DNA of 63,665 nt, filler included, from Choristocarpus tenellus KU-1152 (lineage: Eukaryota > Protista > Phaeophyceae): the NCBI GenBank assembly GCA_964200185.2. It is 8 parts of 8 records of this genome, joined end to end, with 100 filler letters (N's around TTAATTAATTAA, not from the genome) between each part and the next. Parts side by side here need not be neighbours in the genome. Positions count along the whole stretch, not along the records: positions 19,620 to 33,239 come from CAXNAD020001430.1; positions 33,340 to 42,435 come from CAXNAD020003986.1; 6 more parts are not named here. One strand, 5' to 3'. Under the pieces are notes generated by a model that was given only the letters and a program-made list of their open reading frames with translations, ran no database searches and was not told the DNA's origin. The position numbers and the translations under genes are program-made. Positions 24,397 to 37,765 of this stretch are shown one piece after another. Each line of letters opens with the position of its first letter. Within the stretch, counting starts at the first letter, position 1.

Positions 24397-27088
24397 GAGC
24401 TATGCGGGCAGGGTCATCAGCAACAACAACGGTTGCAGGGATTGCCACAGCAGCTTTTGTGGCGGCGTTGGGCTTCCCAGATCAGGCCTTGGCAGAGGCG
24501 GCAGGCTGGGTTGCACCGGCCAAGTTCATTCTAGACCCTATCCTGTTGTATTTTGAAGCAGCATTTGTTGCACGAATCATCTTTTCCTGGTATCCTGCGG
24601 TGAGATTGGGTTTGTAAATCTTGATTTGGTGTGCAACATCCGTTTGTTGTTGAAATATTTTAGAGGGATAGGTCTGTGCTGATATGTATGTTTTTTATTG
24701 ATGGTGATTGAACAATATTATTCAGTTATTTCTGACTTGACTGTTTTTTTCTCAAAGAACTGGCAACGCATTGTTGAGGACTGAGAGATATAATGGATAG
24801 TGTAGGGGGGAGCAGTTCTGGAAGCTTGAGTTCATTGAAGGCAAATGACATCCTCCTCAAAGTTGAAACACCAAAGTATTTGCACCCAAGCTCCTTTATT
24901 ATTGCTCTGTGGTGATCTTTCATGTATATTATTAGTATTTTTTGAAAGTCCTGTCCACCGGCTGGACCAGTCTGGTCCCACAATTATTTTTCCATATCCC
25001 AGTCCATGTCCACTAGGTATTGAACCAACCGATTGATGTCTGCTGGCTGCTGGATCAGGTAAAATATTCTCTGACATGCCCAGACCAGTCCACTGGATAT
25101 TTTATCAGTTCATTTCCACTGGCCGGCCAGTCTAACGTTTTTCCTTGAATGTCCAGAGAATGGCCAGCGACCAGTACCTTTTTTTTCTGGCATGTCCGGA
25201 ACATGTCCACTGTGTGTTCTACAAGTTCATCTGTCAATTCCGTTTGGCCTTTCCATGCAAGCAGTAAAAATGTGTGCAGCGAATTGAAGGAAGGCTAGGC
25301 CGCCACACGCACACGGATCACAAATTGCTTCAGTCACCCAATGTACATTTGTAGTAAATTCATAAGTTCAGTAGTTCAAATAATAAATTAGAAAATGATC
25401 TACAGAAATATGATATCTATAATATGCTCAAGAGTATTTTCTATTTAGAGTACATACCGTAGTAGCATAGGATACAAGATTCAAGTAGAGTGAATTGGGG
25501 AAGCACGGTCATGACATGGCTAGCCCGAGTTGAAAGAATATTACCTGACTGACCATAGGTAAAATGTTCTAACATGGCTGAGCCCATGGTCATCATCGCT
25601 TACTCAACATGACCGAGGCTGTGACCGGCCAGGTATAACCAAGTTCAATCATAACCGAGTCCATGGCCATTGACTATTTCATTATGGCAGGGCCGTGAAG
25701 TAGCCCATGGCCATACAGCCGACAGTGGATAGTGAAAAGCCCTGATATTTTTTTATATTGCCAATGTGGTGGACAGATCTGAAAAATACCAGTATTGCAT
25801 CTATTTGAAGTTGTGCTGTAAAAAAGAAATCTACTACCATATAATTCAAAGTATTTTGTACATTGTGGAGGTGACAAGGCATTCTCTTTCAATACCCAGC
25901 CTCGGTGGGATTATCCTCGCACTAAGTGAGAATGAGGTGAGGTGCACTGACTTGTGCAATTCCTTCCCACCCCCCTACCTACCTTTTGAATAATATAAAG
26001 TTTTCATATTGTCACTGTTGATATGGTGCCATGACTCCTTGGGTTAGGGGTAGGGTTTTAGTTATCCTTTTTTTCTTTCACCTTGACAATTAAATTTCTC
26101 CAAAGAGAAAAAGTCTTTACTACTCTATGCATTTGTTTCATTGAAACCATTACAAATCTTGATTGAATACACCTCAGCGTACCTTGCTGCGTCTCATATA
26201 TGTAAAGACCTCCTCCCTTCATAGCCGAGGAGATTATACTACCCATCTGGTGTGATCGTCTTTGGGTTGACATTCAATGAATGGGCACACTTCATGTCGC
26301 CTATTAAAGCCACTTCCATCCAACAAAAGGTCTGCTATGTGGAGACAGCTCTATGCATTGATCTTCTCTAATGTTGTGAACCTGCATTGATTTATATCGG
26401 TCGCTACTGATCAGTCATGATTATCTGATAACCGAAAAAATTGATACCAAATCTTTTCCAGTTAATTCCCCACGATATCTTTTGCGCACACGGCTCTAGA
26501 GTTCCTGTTTGTATTGTGTGCAGTGACATGTGGGGGAGGCCCTCTCCAGCCTTGGGGTCTATTCTCACTGCTCGCCGGCCAAGCATTAATGTGTGACCAG
26601 GCGCTATCATCAATCTCGTCTATCTTGCTATAGTTGAGGGCTGAACCAGACTACAAAATATGCTGCAAATCCTCTCAGTTCGCAATCTTATCTGATGTTG
26701 CTTAGGTGAATACAGAATATGGTACGTACTGTAGAGCTGTAGTAGGAAAAGGAATATGTCGAGACAACTGTCACAGAACCAAAAATGACATTTATTTGCA
26801 CTTTTCCTTTCTTGCTATTTTTCCGCTAATTGTGTGTATGTTGTGCCCTGTTTTTGGGAATACCTCCTCTCTTGCCCGCCACTTGAATAACTCAAGCTCG
26901 ACCTCAACAAGCTTCCACAGAACCTGGCGGCCTGGCCAACGGAGCCGATATTGAAGCCCACGAGGGCTGTGGTGCCCCCAGCATTTGGAGTGGATATCAG
27001 CCCGATTGTTTGGGTGATGATCTGCTCCTTTTTGCACGAGATACTGCTAGGGCAGCAGGGCATACTCAACCTCATCTCTAGCAAGTGA
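24397..27088 (+). CDS. CCB3: YGGT-family cytochrome b6 heme ci assembly factor CCB3, 5'-partial (exons 24397-24599, 26897-27088)
   Basis: ...FILDPILLYFEAAFVARIIFSWYPA|LDLNKLPQNLAAWPTEPILKPTRAVVPPAFGVDISPIVWVMICSFLHEILLGQQGILNLISSK*. Phase-0 GT...AAG intron. SWYP, PTEP, GVDISP and EILLGQQG match CCB3. The upstream targeting exon(s) were not located. Confidence 0.9.
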
Positions 27089-28258
27089 AGCACTTTTTTT
27101 AAACAAAACATGACACAGTTATTGAATGGATTGGTGACGAGGCATTTGATACTGTTGGTGAAGTGTAGTAGAAGTAGTCATGGGATGGCTGCATGCAATA
27201 GCACCACCAAAAATAATCTCAGTCAGCTTCTGGATAATCATTTGATGAAGATAGCATGAGGTTGTCCTCAAACATGCACATCCTGCCACGAGCAGGAAAA
27301 GTGGTAGCAGTTGGTTTTAGTGTAGGGGTGAAGATGCAGTGACTGAGTTGAAGGGCACACAATTGGTTCACTCTCCATGTAGTGCTGTGATTTGGTTGAC
27401 AGTAATAAAGAAAATATGCTAGGGTTATTGATTCATTTTGTATTCATTCTTGATCGCTCCTTGCATTGCTTTCTTTTCTTGATGTTGTGGTTGTTGTTTA
27501 TGGTTCAAGTGCCATGCTTAAAGTATTAGTTGTATCTATAAAATAGTGTTTCAACCACGAGAAGTGTGAAGGAACAACAAGCAGTAGAGTATGTATGTGA
27601 TATCTCGGTGTATGTTGTCACATGCTCGGGAAGTTGATTGCATGGTTATTATGTGGTGCCCCATCTTGCCTCTATTACCCTTGATTGCCATCAGACTTGT
27701 CCTTCGCTTCTTGTGAGCTAGCAATCAGGGGCAATGAGATGTCGCTACTGTGGTTTGGATGGTACTTCTGTCTTGGTGTATAAATTCATAGCTAGATGAA
27801 TGAGTAGCATTTGGGATGTTGATTTTAAGAGGAATGTGTAACACCTTGAAGATGTTGGCACCTAAAATGCAATTTACGGATGATGTTGCTGTTGTGTTAT
27901 TTTTTGGTATCCAATTTCCTTCAAAGATGACATCTGCAATATGTTGGTGCATGTACAATATACTACTGCTGCTATCTATTTTGCCCGTGCTTATTCCTCT
28001 CAAGAAGATACTACTCCTACCAAAAACGTTCTTTATGGGCACAAAATATCTTTTCGCGTAGACTGCCTTGCTTTTTTTTTTTAAGAGTTACATTGTCCAA
28101 GATACAGTATTTCCTCCAAAGCTACACGTCTGTCTGTCTGTGTTGCACGGAGACAGCAGACCGGTGACATTTGCCCACTATTGACATCAATCGACAATGT
28201 TGACTTTTGCAGTTTATCCAACAATACATCAAATTCATTTAGTCGGTATGCTGGTGGT

Positions 28259-28456
28259 GGTGGTGGTGGTGTAAGAGGGTCTTGTTCTGGCATACAAATC
28301 ATACTATTATTTTGTAGGCATCAATGTAAGGTTTTCTGCTTGGTATCGTGGTGGTGGTGGTGTAAGAGGGTCTTGTTCTGGCATACAAAGCATACTATTA
28401 TTTTGTAGGCATCAGCGTAAGGTTTGCTGCTTGGTATCGTGGTGGTGGTGGTGTAG
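28259..28456. repeat. 91-bp direct tandem duplication bounded by (GGT)n
   Basis: GTAAGAGGGTCTTGTTCTGGCATACAAA at 28271 and 28362. Confidence 0.9.
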
Positions 28457-30159
28457 CTGAGCCTACTTTGAGGATAAAATGTTATTGTGTAACAAAAGCG
28501 TCCTCCTTGGTGGACCCATGGGTTGGTAGATCTCTTTTCCCTTCATGGCTGCCTATTGCTACCAGAGCAAAAAGGCGGCAAGTCAGTTCTCTTAAATATA
28601 CCATCATAAATCGAGCTAAACCAGGCAAACCTGGTTTCATCCTGCCATTAAGTACTCCAGTCGTAAGGAACTCTGCAACATGATAATTGATTCCACTCAC
28701 TGCCTCTCGATACCAAAAACAATGGCATGAGTGAGTGCCATCCCTTCTTCTCCTTCTCCAATGTTATAGTTTTTTCTTGGAATTCAAAATAAATTAGTTT
28801 TTTCATGTAGGCTGGTAAGACCAAGTTCTGACTGCTATAACTGAAGAGTAAGAATAAGGTCTGCAGCACAAAAAAATCTTCTTACGAGGAGTACTATTTA
28901 TGCACACACAACATACGATGCATCATAAACACCAAGTATTTCGAAAGTATTGTCACACAGTTCACTGTTCGGAAGATGATGTAAAAAAAACTGGAAAGGT
29001 CTGCGGGAAACAGTTCCTTGCTACCAAGGCACACATAGAATAACACTCAAAAGACACAATCTGTCTCTCAGCGAACAAGAAAGAAGCGGCATAATCCTGA
29101 TGACACTGTACATATAGAAGGTACTGTGGGAGATTTATTTTTTGTTTTTGCTCCAGGTGGCCACACGAATAATACATGAACGACCAACGCAATCAGCCGG
29201 ATGGATGCCGTCTATATAAAATTGCTCGTGATCAGGACGAATCCTAGCCCAAACCCTACCTCTCGCCGTAGCCCTAGCTCTAGCTCAAACCCTATCTCTC
29301 GCCATAGCTCGAGCTATAGCTCTACCCGCAGCTCTATACCTTAGCTGGAGCTCATCAATCGAATCAAACCCAAACTGCACTGCAAGGATAGTGATACCGA
29401 TAACGATATCGATACTGATAATGCAGGGATGCTGCATAGAAGAATTGAAGACCACTAATAAGACTCTACGTGTGTGTAGTAGTAGTACACACGACAAGAC
29501 CCCACACATCAATACAGTCGGTATACTCTCATTGCACCAGTCAAGCTCCCTCACCTAGCAGGAATTTTTCGACCTGACACCAGACCCATCCACAGAACCA
29601 TAACTATAGTTTCAATTGCCCAATCCAATCTCCGTCTTGGCCATTTGGCACAGGGATCATTCATTCGTGGTTGACTCAAGCGGCCCCGGCTGGTAGCAGC
29701 ACTGATCATTCTCATAGTCATGCTGAGCCTCCCTTCAACTGGTCCGGTTAGGGACAAGCCACCATGAGGTAGCCTCTCCCTCCTGTGTCACAGCTAGCCA
29801 GCTCCAACAACATATTTTCTTACATCTGAGATCTCTCTTTCGACCTGCTGGTTATTACACTCACAAAACGGGCGAAAGAGGGGGGGGGGTCGTTGCTAGG
29901 GTGGGGGGTANNNNNNNNNNGGGGGCGCTGGATGCCGGCGGGGCCCCCGGGGAGCGGGGGGTCCTGGGGGGGGGGGTAACAACGGCCACCAACCGCTACT
30001 CAAGTACGCGAGCGTACGTGTTCGTGACGTTTGTTGTAACTGCATTACTCGAGTATAGTGCATTGTCTCCTCCATACATTCCTACATAAATACAGAAGGT
30101 ACTGTGGGATATTTTTGTTATGTTTTTGCTGCAGGTGCCAACATGAATAATACACGAAT

Positions 30160-33100
30160 TGCGTCTGTCAGGAGTAGCATATGTGGGAGGGTTTGTTAGT
30201 AAAATCTGCAAAGGATTTTACAAGGGGGTACAACCGCAATCCAAGAATTTGGTGGTGATAGAGCCCTTATCAGAGTGTAACTTGGAATTGGGAAATGCAG
30301 TTGGAGTTGCCAAAGGTGTACAATGTTGGGAACCAGATACCCCCATCTATTGCAAACTGGTAAACACGTGCAAAAAACCAAGTAGCGTGCAAGCAGTGTT
30401 GCCTGTTGCAAGAGCGATTGCTCTGAATACTCATGCCATGGAAAGGATGTTTGCACTCTTTCAGACACTAACCCGACCCTTCCAAGATCCCCATTGAACA
30501 CAGGTCCTGCTTGCCACAACTAGTCCCCAGCCAAGTCATTCTCCAAGGCCAGACAAGATCAGTGACTGTCCAGTAAAAGAGAAAGACGATACTCCTTCAG
30601 ATAAAGCCATGGAGGTCCTGCATCAATCGGTGAGACTTAGTGATGCCAATATGGGACAGTTGACACCATGAAAAAATGAACAGTTGATGGGATTGTTGGA
30701 GGAATGTAGGAAATTAGGGGTATTAACAGAAGACCCTAAAAGAGTTCTCCCATGCTCTAAAGGAGTATTGCATACACCACTCGTAGACGAGAACTGTACA
30801 CCCTATGCAGCAAAACAAAGGCGCTTCTCTGCTGAGCAAACTCGAATGATTCAGGTAGAAGTTAAGCAGTTACAGGAACGTGGTATAATTAGGCCTTCCA
30901 CCTCATTGTGTGCAGCGTCAGTTGTAGCAATAAGAAAAGAAGATGGGACCCTAAGGTTGTGCATAGACTACAGAATGTTCTAGGATCTCTCACGTAGGGA
31001 TAGTGGAGGTCTAGGGAATATTGCTAGCATCTTTGAAAAAGCTTAAGGGTTCTAGCTATTTTACTGCCATAGATTTAGCATCAGGATATTTCCAGCTGGA
31101 AATAGCAGAGGTAAACAAACACAAGATGGCCTTCCGTGATGCTCATGGACATCTATGGGAGTATGACAGGTGTGGCTGTGGCTTGAACATCTTACCTGCA
31201 GTATTCTCTAGTTAAATGAGAGAAGTTGTTGGGAGAACTCAAAGGAAACGTTATAGAGGACTGGCTAGACGACCTTTTTTGGTACACTTCATCATTTGAT
31301 GGGCACATGACCAAATTTCACCTCCTACTGACCAGACTCAAGCAATATGGGTTGCGTGTGAACTTACCAAAATCCCTCTGGTGCATGCCCTCACAGGAAT
31401 TTGTAGGGATGACTGTAGGTAGAAATGGCCTTAGCCCCGCCCCATCAAAAATGATAGCAGTAGCAAAACTCGATCCCCAATCGACAGTTGAGCAGCTGAG
31501 AAGTTTTGGGGGGCATGACAGGATACATGCGACAGTTTGTTCCGAACTATGGCCAGCTAGCTGCACCACTATCTGACATTCTTCGGAATAAAGGGTATGC
31601 TTCCAAAAGGGACAGGAAGAAGAGTATCCCTTGGGGATCAAACGAGCAGAAGGCATTTGAGGAACTTAAGGTACGTCTGATTTCTCGACCAATTCTAGTC
31701 TTTCCAGACTGGGATAAACCGTTCCTTCTATACACAGATGCGAGTGAGGAAGGGGTTGGAGCAACTCTGACCCAGGTACAGAATGATGACGAGGAACGTG
31801 CATAGCATATGCCAGTCATAGATGGTCTGGAAGATACAGTAGAAGAGCACCTACCGAAAGAGAATGTATGGCTATCTTGTGGGCTGTAGAACACTTCCGC
31901 TCCTACATTTGGGGTAGGAAATTCGCTTTAACTACTGGCTGCTCAGCCCTGACTTGACTCTTCAAGAGTCGCAAACTTAGCCCCAAGCTCCACAGGTGGG
32001 CCTCCGCCTCATAGACCATGACATGGGACTGAAGTGGCCAGTAGATTCGAAGCATCAGCTACCAGACGGACTGTCACGACTCTCCCCACTAGCTACATCA
32101 GGTTTGAACATCGATTGATCCTTTCCTGATCCGTCAGTAGCATGTTACAAGAGCTATGCTGGACAGAGAGGACCTGTCTTAGACGGTATATGTTTGCAAG
32201 ATTTAGGTGCATCAGACCTTGACGTAGTTCATCCCACAATGTCCCCTTGATCTCTCTGTCTGTGCCTTAGCGGATTCAGAGCTAGAATGTACTTCTCCCT
32301 CACATGAAGAACCTAGTCTAGGGGTAGCAAACATGATACCTTGGGGAACAGTTGGTACCACATTCTGAGCAATACTTTCAACACTTCAAGGCTGTCACAC
32401 AGAAGCTGATAGTCGCAACTCAAGCATTGAAGACTGGCTATCACCTATTAGACCCCAGGATCAAATATTATCAATGCCTACGCCCCCTCCCTCTGGTTGG
32501 ATGGCCCCAGATAAGATGCCTAGTCTAGACCCAACGCTTGCCTCACAGCAGCCTCTCCCCCCCTCTAAAGCATCCAACACTCTTGGATGACTACGTTTCG
32601 ACCCTTCTCTTGAAGACAAGGTATACGCAAAGGGAACAGTGGGAAAAGATAAGCTACCAAGCATGAAAAGGCGCAAAGGTACAACATGGCCAAAGAACAA
32701 GAAGGGGAGTGATCGAACAGTCCGAATGAGAGAGATGGTTCAGCATCACCACACTCTCAAGAGAGCATGGCTACTCTCACAGACGTACCAGAGCTAGTGG
32801 GGAGACAGAAGAATGATCCCTTTGGGGGCAGCATAAGGGGTGTTCTCGAGGGCCAAGAACATTGGAAGTCATAACTGGAGTGGGGAAAAGGGAGTATGGA
32901 TGTGGAGTCATATTCTTTAGATGAGAAAGAGTTGCTGTGGTACACCCCTGGAGAGCATCCACCTAGGCTAGCAGTTCGTTCGCTAGTGTCATACATTATA
33001 GAACTAGTATATCTGCAGAATAGCCACCAGGAAGTTGGACGCACAGTAGCTCTAACCCGACAATACTTTTTCTGATCCTCGCTCCACAAGGACACACAGT

Positions 33101-33169
33101 ATTATGTTCTATCCGGTGGCTGCCGCAGACGTAAGAGGACAAGGAGTGCACAAGTGGCAATTCGTAACC
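30160..33169 (+). mobile_element. Degenerate Ty3/Gypsy LTR retrotransposon pol (RT, RNase H, integrase zinc finger)
   Basis: RT motifs GIIRPSTS...LRLCIDYR, FTAIDLASGYFQL and WLDD. RNase H motifs PILVFPDWDKPFLLYTDASEEGVGATL and TERECMAILWAVEHFRSYIWG. Integrase HHCC-like HQEVGRT...CRRRK. Many stops and frameshifts. Confidence 0.95.
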
Positions 33170-33396
33170 TGTTGAAATCTGAATCGAATGTATCGTACAT
33201 GTAAGCAAAATGCGTAGACTACTAGCGATGAGGAATCATNNNNNNNNNNNNNNNNNNNNNNNNNNNNNNNNNNNNNNNNNNNNTTAATTAATTAANNNNN
33301 NNNNNNNNNNNNNNNNNNNNNNNNNNNNNNNNNNNNNNNGGTTGGCGGTGTTTGCTGCTCTTTTCTTTTTTTCCTCACGGTTCGCCCCCGCGTGGG

Positions 33397-33429
33397 CCCC
33401 CCCCCCCCCCCCCCCAGATACTTTGGGTT
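33397..33429 (+). mobile_element. MITE family B terminal fragment
   Basis: Poly-C followed by AGATACTTTGGGT, the right-end TIR of family B. Confidence 0.6.
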
Positions 33430-36400
33430 TCTGACTCCCGAGGCATCTTAATCTTCAACACCAATTTATGCAGCCCAGCAATTTCCTCACCTCATCTCGG
33501 CGTAGAAAAGCTCGTTGCTGAGAAATGGTGTGGGTATCACAGTAAACATACAATCAAGCACGGGGTCGTTCGTCTGTCCACCAGTCCCTGATCGTCACCT
33601 GCCACACTTGTAGTTAAAGCTGATTGATCACCTCGTTTTTCCTGTGACAATAGACATAAAACATCCAACAAACAACTGGTCAGGCAGCCTTGGCCTTTGC
33701 CATCCACTGATGATTGCCTAGATAATTTACAGGGTGCAAAGTTTTTAGGTGTATGGTTATTCAAACCGCTTGTTGGCAAATTATGGAAGAGAGCAGGCAA
33801 AAACACGTTTTTTTACCGCCAGCATCAATGCAAGGTCCTCGATGTTTGGAGTCAGTTATGAACTGTGGGTGTTCCAGAGGCTCATGTAAAGAAAGAAATC
33901 GACTTTGGTCCCTCGTTGTGTCTGCTTGTCTATTTTGACGATATTGTGTTGGTATTTCCCAGGTGGGAAGGGCATATTCACTTAATGACCGAGTGCTGTC
34001 TACTTTTCAAGTCGCAGGTGCCACCCTCAAACTGTCAAAATTAATGTTAACACACAAAAAAACATGTACCTTTAGTGTAATGTCAACCCCAAAGAAGGTA
34101 TTTATACCATTATTTGACAGTGGAGGCCATCAATAATATTCCCCAACCGTCTGATCTCATCAACAGTCTTCAATTGTTGTGGGATTCCATAGCCTTCTAA
34201 AAGAAATATAAATTATTCCTGATTTAGCAAGTATCATTATCCTGTTAGTTACCCTTACTCGTACCTGTAAGACAAAATGGTTGAAATTAAGTTGGGTATA
34301 ATTGTGTGACAGTGAGCAGCAGTCAGCTTTGAGGAGTGCAAACGTCTTCTTCCCATTTCTCCAGTTCATGTTTTCCTGACAAAATCGTGGATTTGCCATC
34401 CACGAGGACGCTTATGAACTGGGGAATGGGGGTGGTTTTAATTCAAACAGATCCATCATCAGGTGACCTCCAAATGATTGATTGCCCATCATAGCGAACT
34501 ATTATCTCACATGCACAACATCATTCTGGTGAGCAGGCTTATCTACAAAAAATAATGGGCTGTAATTGAAGCACTCACCCATTGACTCCCGTATATTTGG
34601 GGTCGCCATTTCACCATGGTCACAGATCATGCACCACTTCATTGGCTGTAATTTCTGCAAGACACATCAAGCATATTAACACCTTGGGCAATAGCTCTTC
34701 AGTTGTTTGATTTCAAAGTTTAATACAAGCCTGGTTGGTACACGTCGCCAGATATGCTATCTCAAGCGAATAATGAGTTAGGAAAGCATTAGGGATCTCA
34801 TCCTTGTTCTCTTCAATATATTCTATCGCTTCATAGTATGCACCACCAGCAGTAACTCCTACAGTGTTTGTGCTCTCTGTACATCAGTTGGGTGAAGTCA
34901 ACCCAGATGACAGTGACTTAGAGTTGTGTACTTCAGCAGTTAATGTCTTCCCAGTTGTAGACTCAATTGTTCTCTCTGACGCTCAATAGAAACAACACAA
35001 GTTGCATTTTGAATACTTATCTTCACCCTATACGGCCATGTTGATGATGGATTTGACTTGTGTGCTACTTCGTAAATAGTCTCTCTTGGAACAAAGTGAT
35101 CCTTCTATGTCAAACTAAGACCACCGTTATTCATGATTCTTCACTACCGTCATGGTTGGTACCTGTGCTTGACTCAATCACATCAGCAAGTAAACGCTCA
35201 ACCACCGATTTGAAGAAGGGGGCATGGGAATTTGAAGTTTGGGTATTAGTTATCAAGTACACAAAGAATATTTTTGACGACCTTGTGTGATATATCCTCT
35301 CGGACAACACTCTGAAGGCATATTTGAAATTCCTACGTTCTCGAATACGCACTTGAATACTTGCTTTCAGTTGTTGGCGCTCCTAAATTTATTTTTAAGT
35401 GTGCGCCTTCACAGCACCGAAGTTGATGTACTACTCAAGTATAATATGCTCACTGTTCCAAATCTTGATGCTTTCTCAACTCTTGGCAATATTCTCCTAA
35501 TACTGAAGCACACTAGCACAATGTGTGCATAAACACGAAAAATAGGTATAAAATAACTTTAATTTCTCAGTAGTACGGTCCCGCGGGAGTACTTGTTGAC
35601 TCTTCTATACTTAGGTTGCTACTACTGCATTCATGATGCTCTTCCTTGCAATTATTACACACCCTTGCCATAAATGTTCGACACTTGGTCTCTCCAGTGT
35701 GCACATATATACATAGAAAACGTAGCCATTGTTCAATGTTAATCATGGGTATCATAGGTGATGGTTATCTAGGTCCTTTATGTCTTAGATACATCAATTT
35801 ATGTATCGGCGTATAACTGCATGTGGGCGCCCTTTTACTTGATAATTTCTTGATGAGGTGAGAAATATGTGTACAAATTTGGAGGGGCTCCTGACCACCA
35901 TGCTACCACTTGTTCAACCTTCACGCACATGCATGTACACATTAAGGGACGGCAGTACAATAATGCGTTTGATTTGCCGTCATACCCGTGCGGTGCGTCC
36001 AAAAATGCGTTACCTATTCCTGCAATATGAAATGTGTGTGTTCAGGTAAACAATAAATAAAGAGAACAAGAACATACCAAAGAACATTTACCAGTCAAGC
36101 AACTATCGGGTACCTATCTATATCGCAGCTCTTCATGTGTAGGCACTCATGAACTCCATTTTCGACTTTTGCGCCAGTGTGCAGGCCCGATCTAACTATT
36201 ATCTCTAATCTTTGCCTTCAAATGAAGAAAATGTGACCACACTTCAAGAAAGGGAGGCGAAGGCTCGCCCTTCCACTGTCATCACTGCTACCACCGTTTG
36301 TTGTGATCTCATTTTCTGATTCGCCCTGTTCCTCATCAACTTGCTAGCAGTGGTTGTAGGAAAGACTACATCTGTTAGTGCATCGCCTACGTCCTGATCC

Positions 36401-36495
36401 AATGCCCCAACCATATCCTCCTTCCCTTATCACCTCCTCATGAAGCCTGCCAATCTGCCCATCCAGCACTATGCTTCTCATCCTGTTGCGGCAAA

Positions 36496-36673
36496 GGTTC
36501 AAAGTATCTGGAGGGGGTGGCGGATGTCCATTTGGGTTCAATTTTTTCATGTTGCTATTTTTGTGTGATTTTGTTGCATAAGTCGGATGGATAACGTAAG
36601 TGCACTTTTCCTGTTACAGACGAAATGGACACCCTTGTGTAGACCCTTTCCCCACCCCCAGACACTTTGGGTC
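36496..36673 (+). mobile_element. MITE family B copy 2 (complete, 178 bp)
   Basis: TIRs GGTTCAAAGTATCTGG / CCAGACACTTTGGGTC; TSD AAA. Confidence 0.9.
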
Positions 36674-37507
36674 AAAGATACACCTTAACACACTCTTGCA
36701 AGCAATAAAACTCTCCCGGGATTCAATATCTGCACCAAATAGCTTTTGGCAAGAAGTTCTGCCTTAACCTTGAGATCGATTGACAGGAGGGTGTCTTGAG
36801 TCACCAGCAGACCGGCTATCCTTACATCTCCGCAAAGCCCGTCACCATGCTATTCAGAAAAGAAAAACAAAAGAGCGGTCAGCAATTAGTCTGTTGCAAC
36901 ACAGATGTACTTCACATATATGGGAGTATATCTTAACATGGAGAATTGTAGCAGTTGGGCAGCAGTTGCACCACACTAATAATAATTGTGCAGACAGTAA
37001 TACCACAATACACACATAGCAAGAAATAAATATATATCTCTGGGTGCCGTGTTTTTCCAACCCTTGCAGGAATCTGCTTCTGAAGATCTTTGTTTCTGCG
37101 TTCAATTCATGTAATGTTTCTCATGCCAACACTATATCACTCTGCTATGCTGACTTGGTTAATCTTGTGTCCAGGTAGTAAGTTCAGCAGTTCCATTCAT
37201 CAGCGCCACCTGATGAGTCCTTATGCTTCTCTGTGTGCTCGACCATGCTGGACCAGGCACTGCCCCAACCTTGTCGGGAGCACTTTTCCCCAAAGCTGGC
37301 CCCGTGGCAGACATTTGGAATTTTTCTGCGATAAGAAAGAAGGCTGTTTTCCAGTTGGAGGAGATGAAGTCCTTGATACAACGATGGGCTCGTCATCATT
37401 GGTGCCCTCATCACTCTTCTCCTCTCCAGGGGCGTGGCAATCAGTGGACAGTCTTTTTAATCTCATTGTCCCCACCCAGATCCATGTTGCCACAAATTCC
37501 ACAACAG

Positions 37508-37765
37508 GAGCCGAAGCATCTGAGAGGGTAGGAGTTTTGCCCTGTTTGTCCGTTCAGGGCTTGACTTCCCACCGGTTTTTTATGACCTTTTCCATTTTTC
37601 TGTGTGAACAGAGTTAGCTAAAATATATATGACTATGAAAGGTGTTTCCGAAGCAAGGATATTGACACCTCCTAACAAACACGATAGCTAAAATGAATCA
37701 AAATCGCAACATTGGATTTATGACCCCAAACAGATGCTGCCCTGCCCTCTTAAATACTTCGACTC
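37508..37765 (-). mobile_element. MITE family A copy 4 (diverged)
   Basis: GAGCCGAAGCATCTGAGAGGGTA ... CCCTCTTAAATACTTCGACTC; the TSD has decayed. Confidence 0.8.

Noticed and set aside
28620-28650. WQDETRF on the minus strand, resembling an IS630/Tc1 DDE motif
   Set aside because: A single short motif right after a stop codon, with no further catalytic motifs recognisable.
37209-37260. CTGATGAGTCC, a hammerhead-ribozyme-like core
   Set aside because: No matching GGACGAAA or closing stems nearby.
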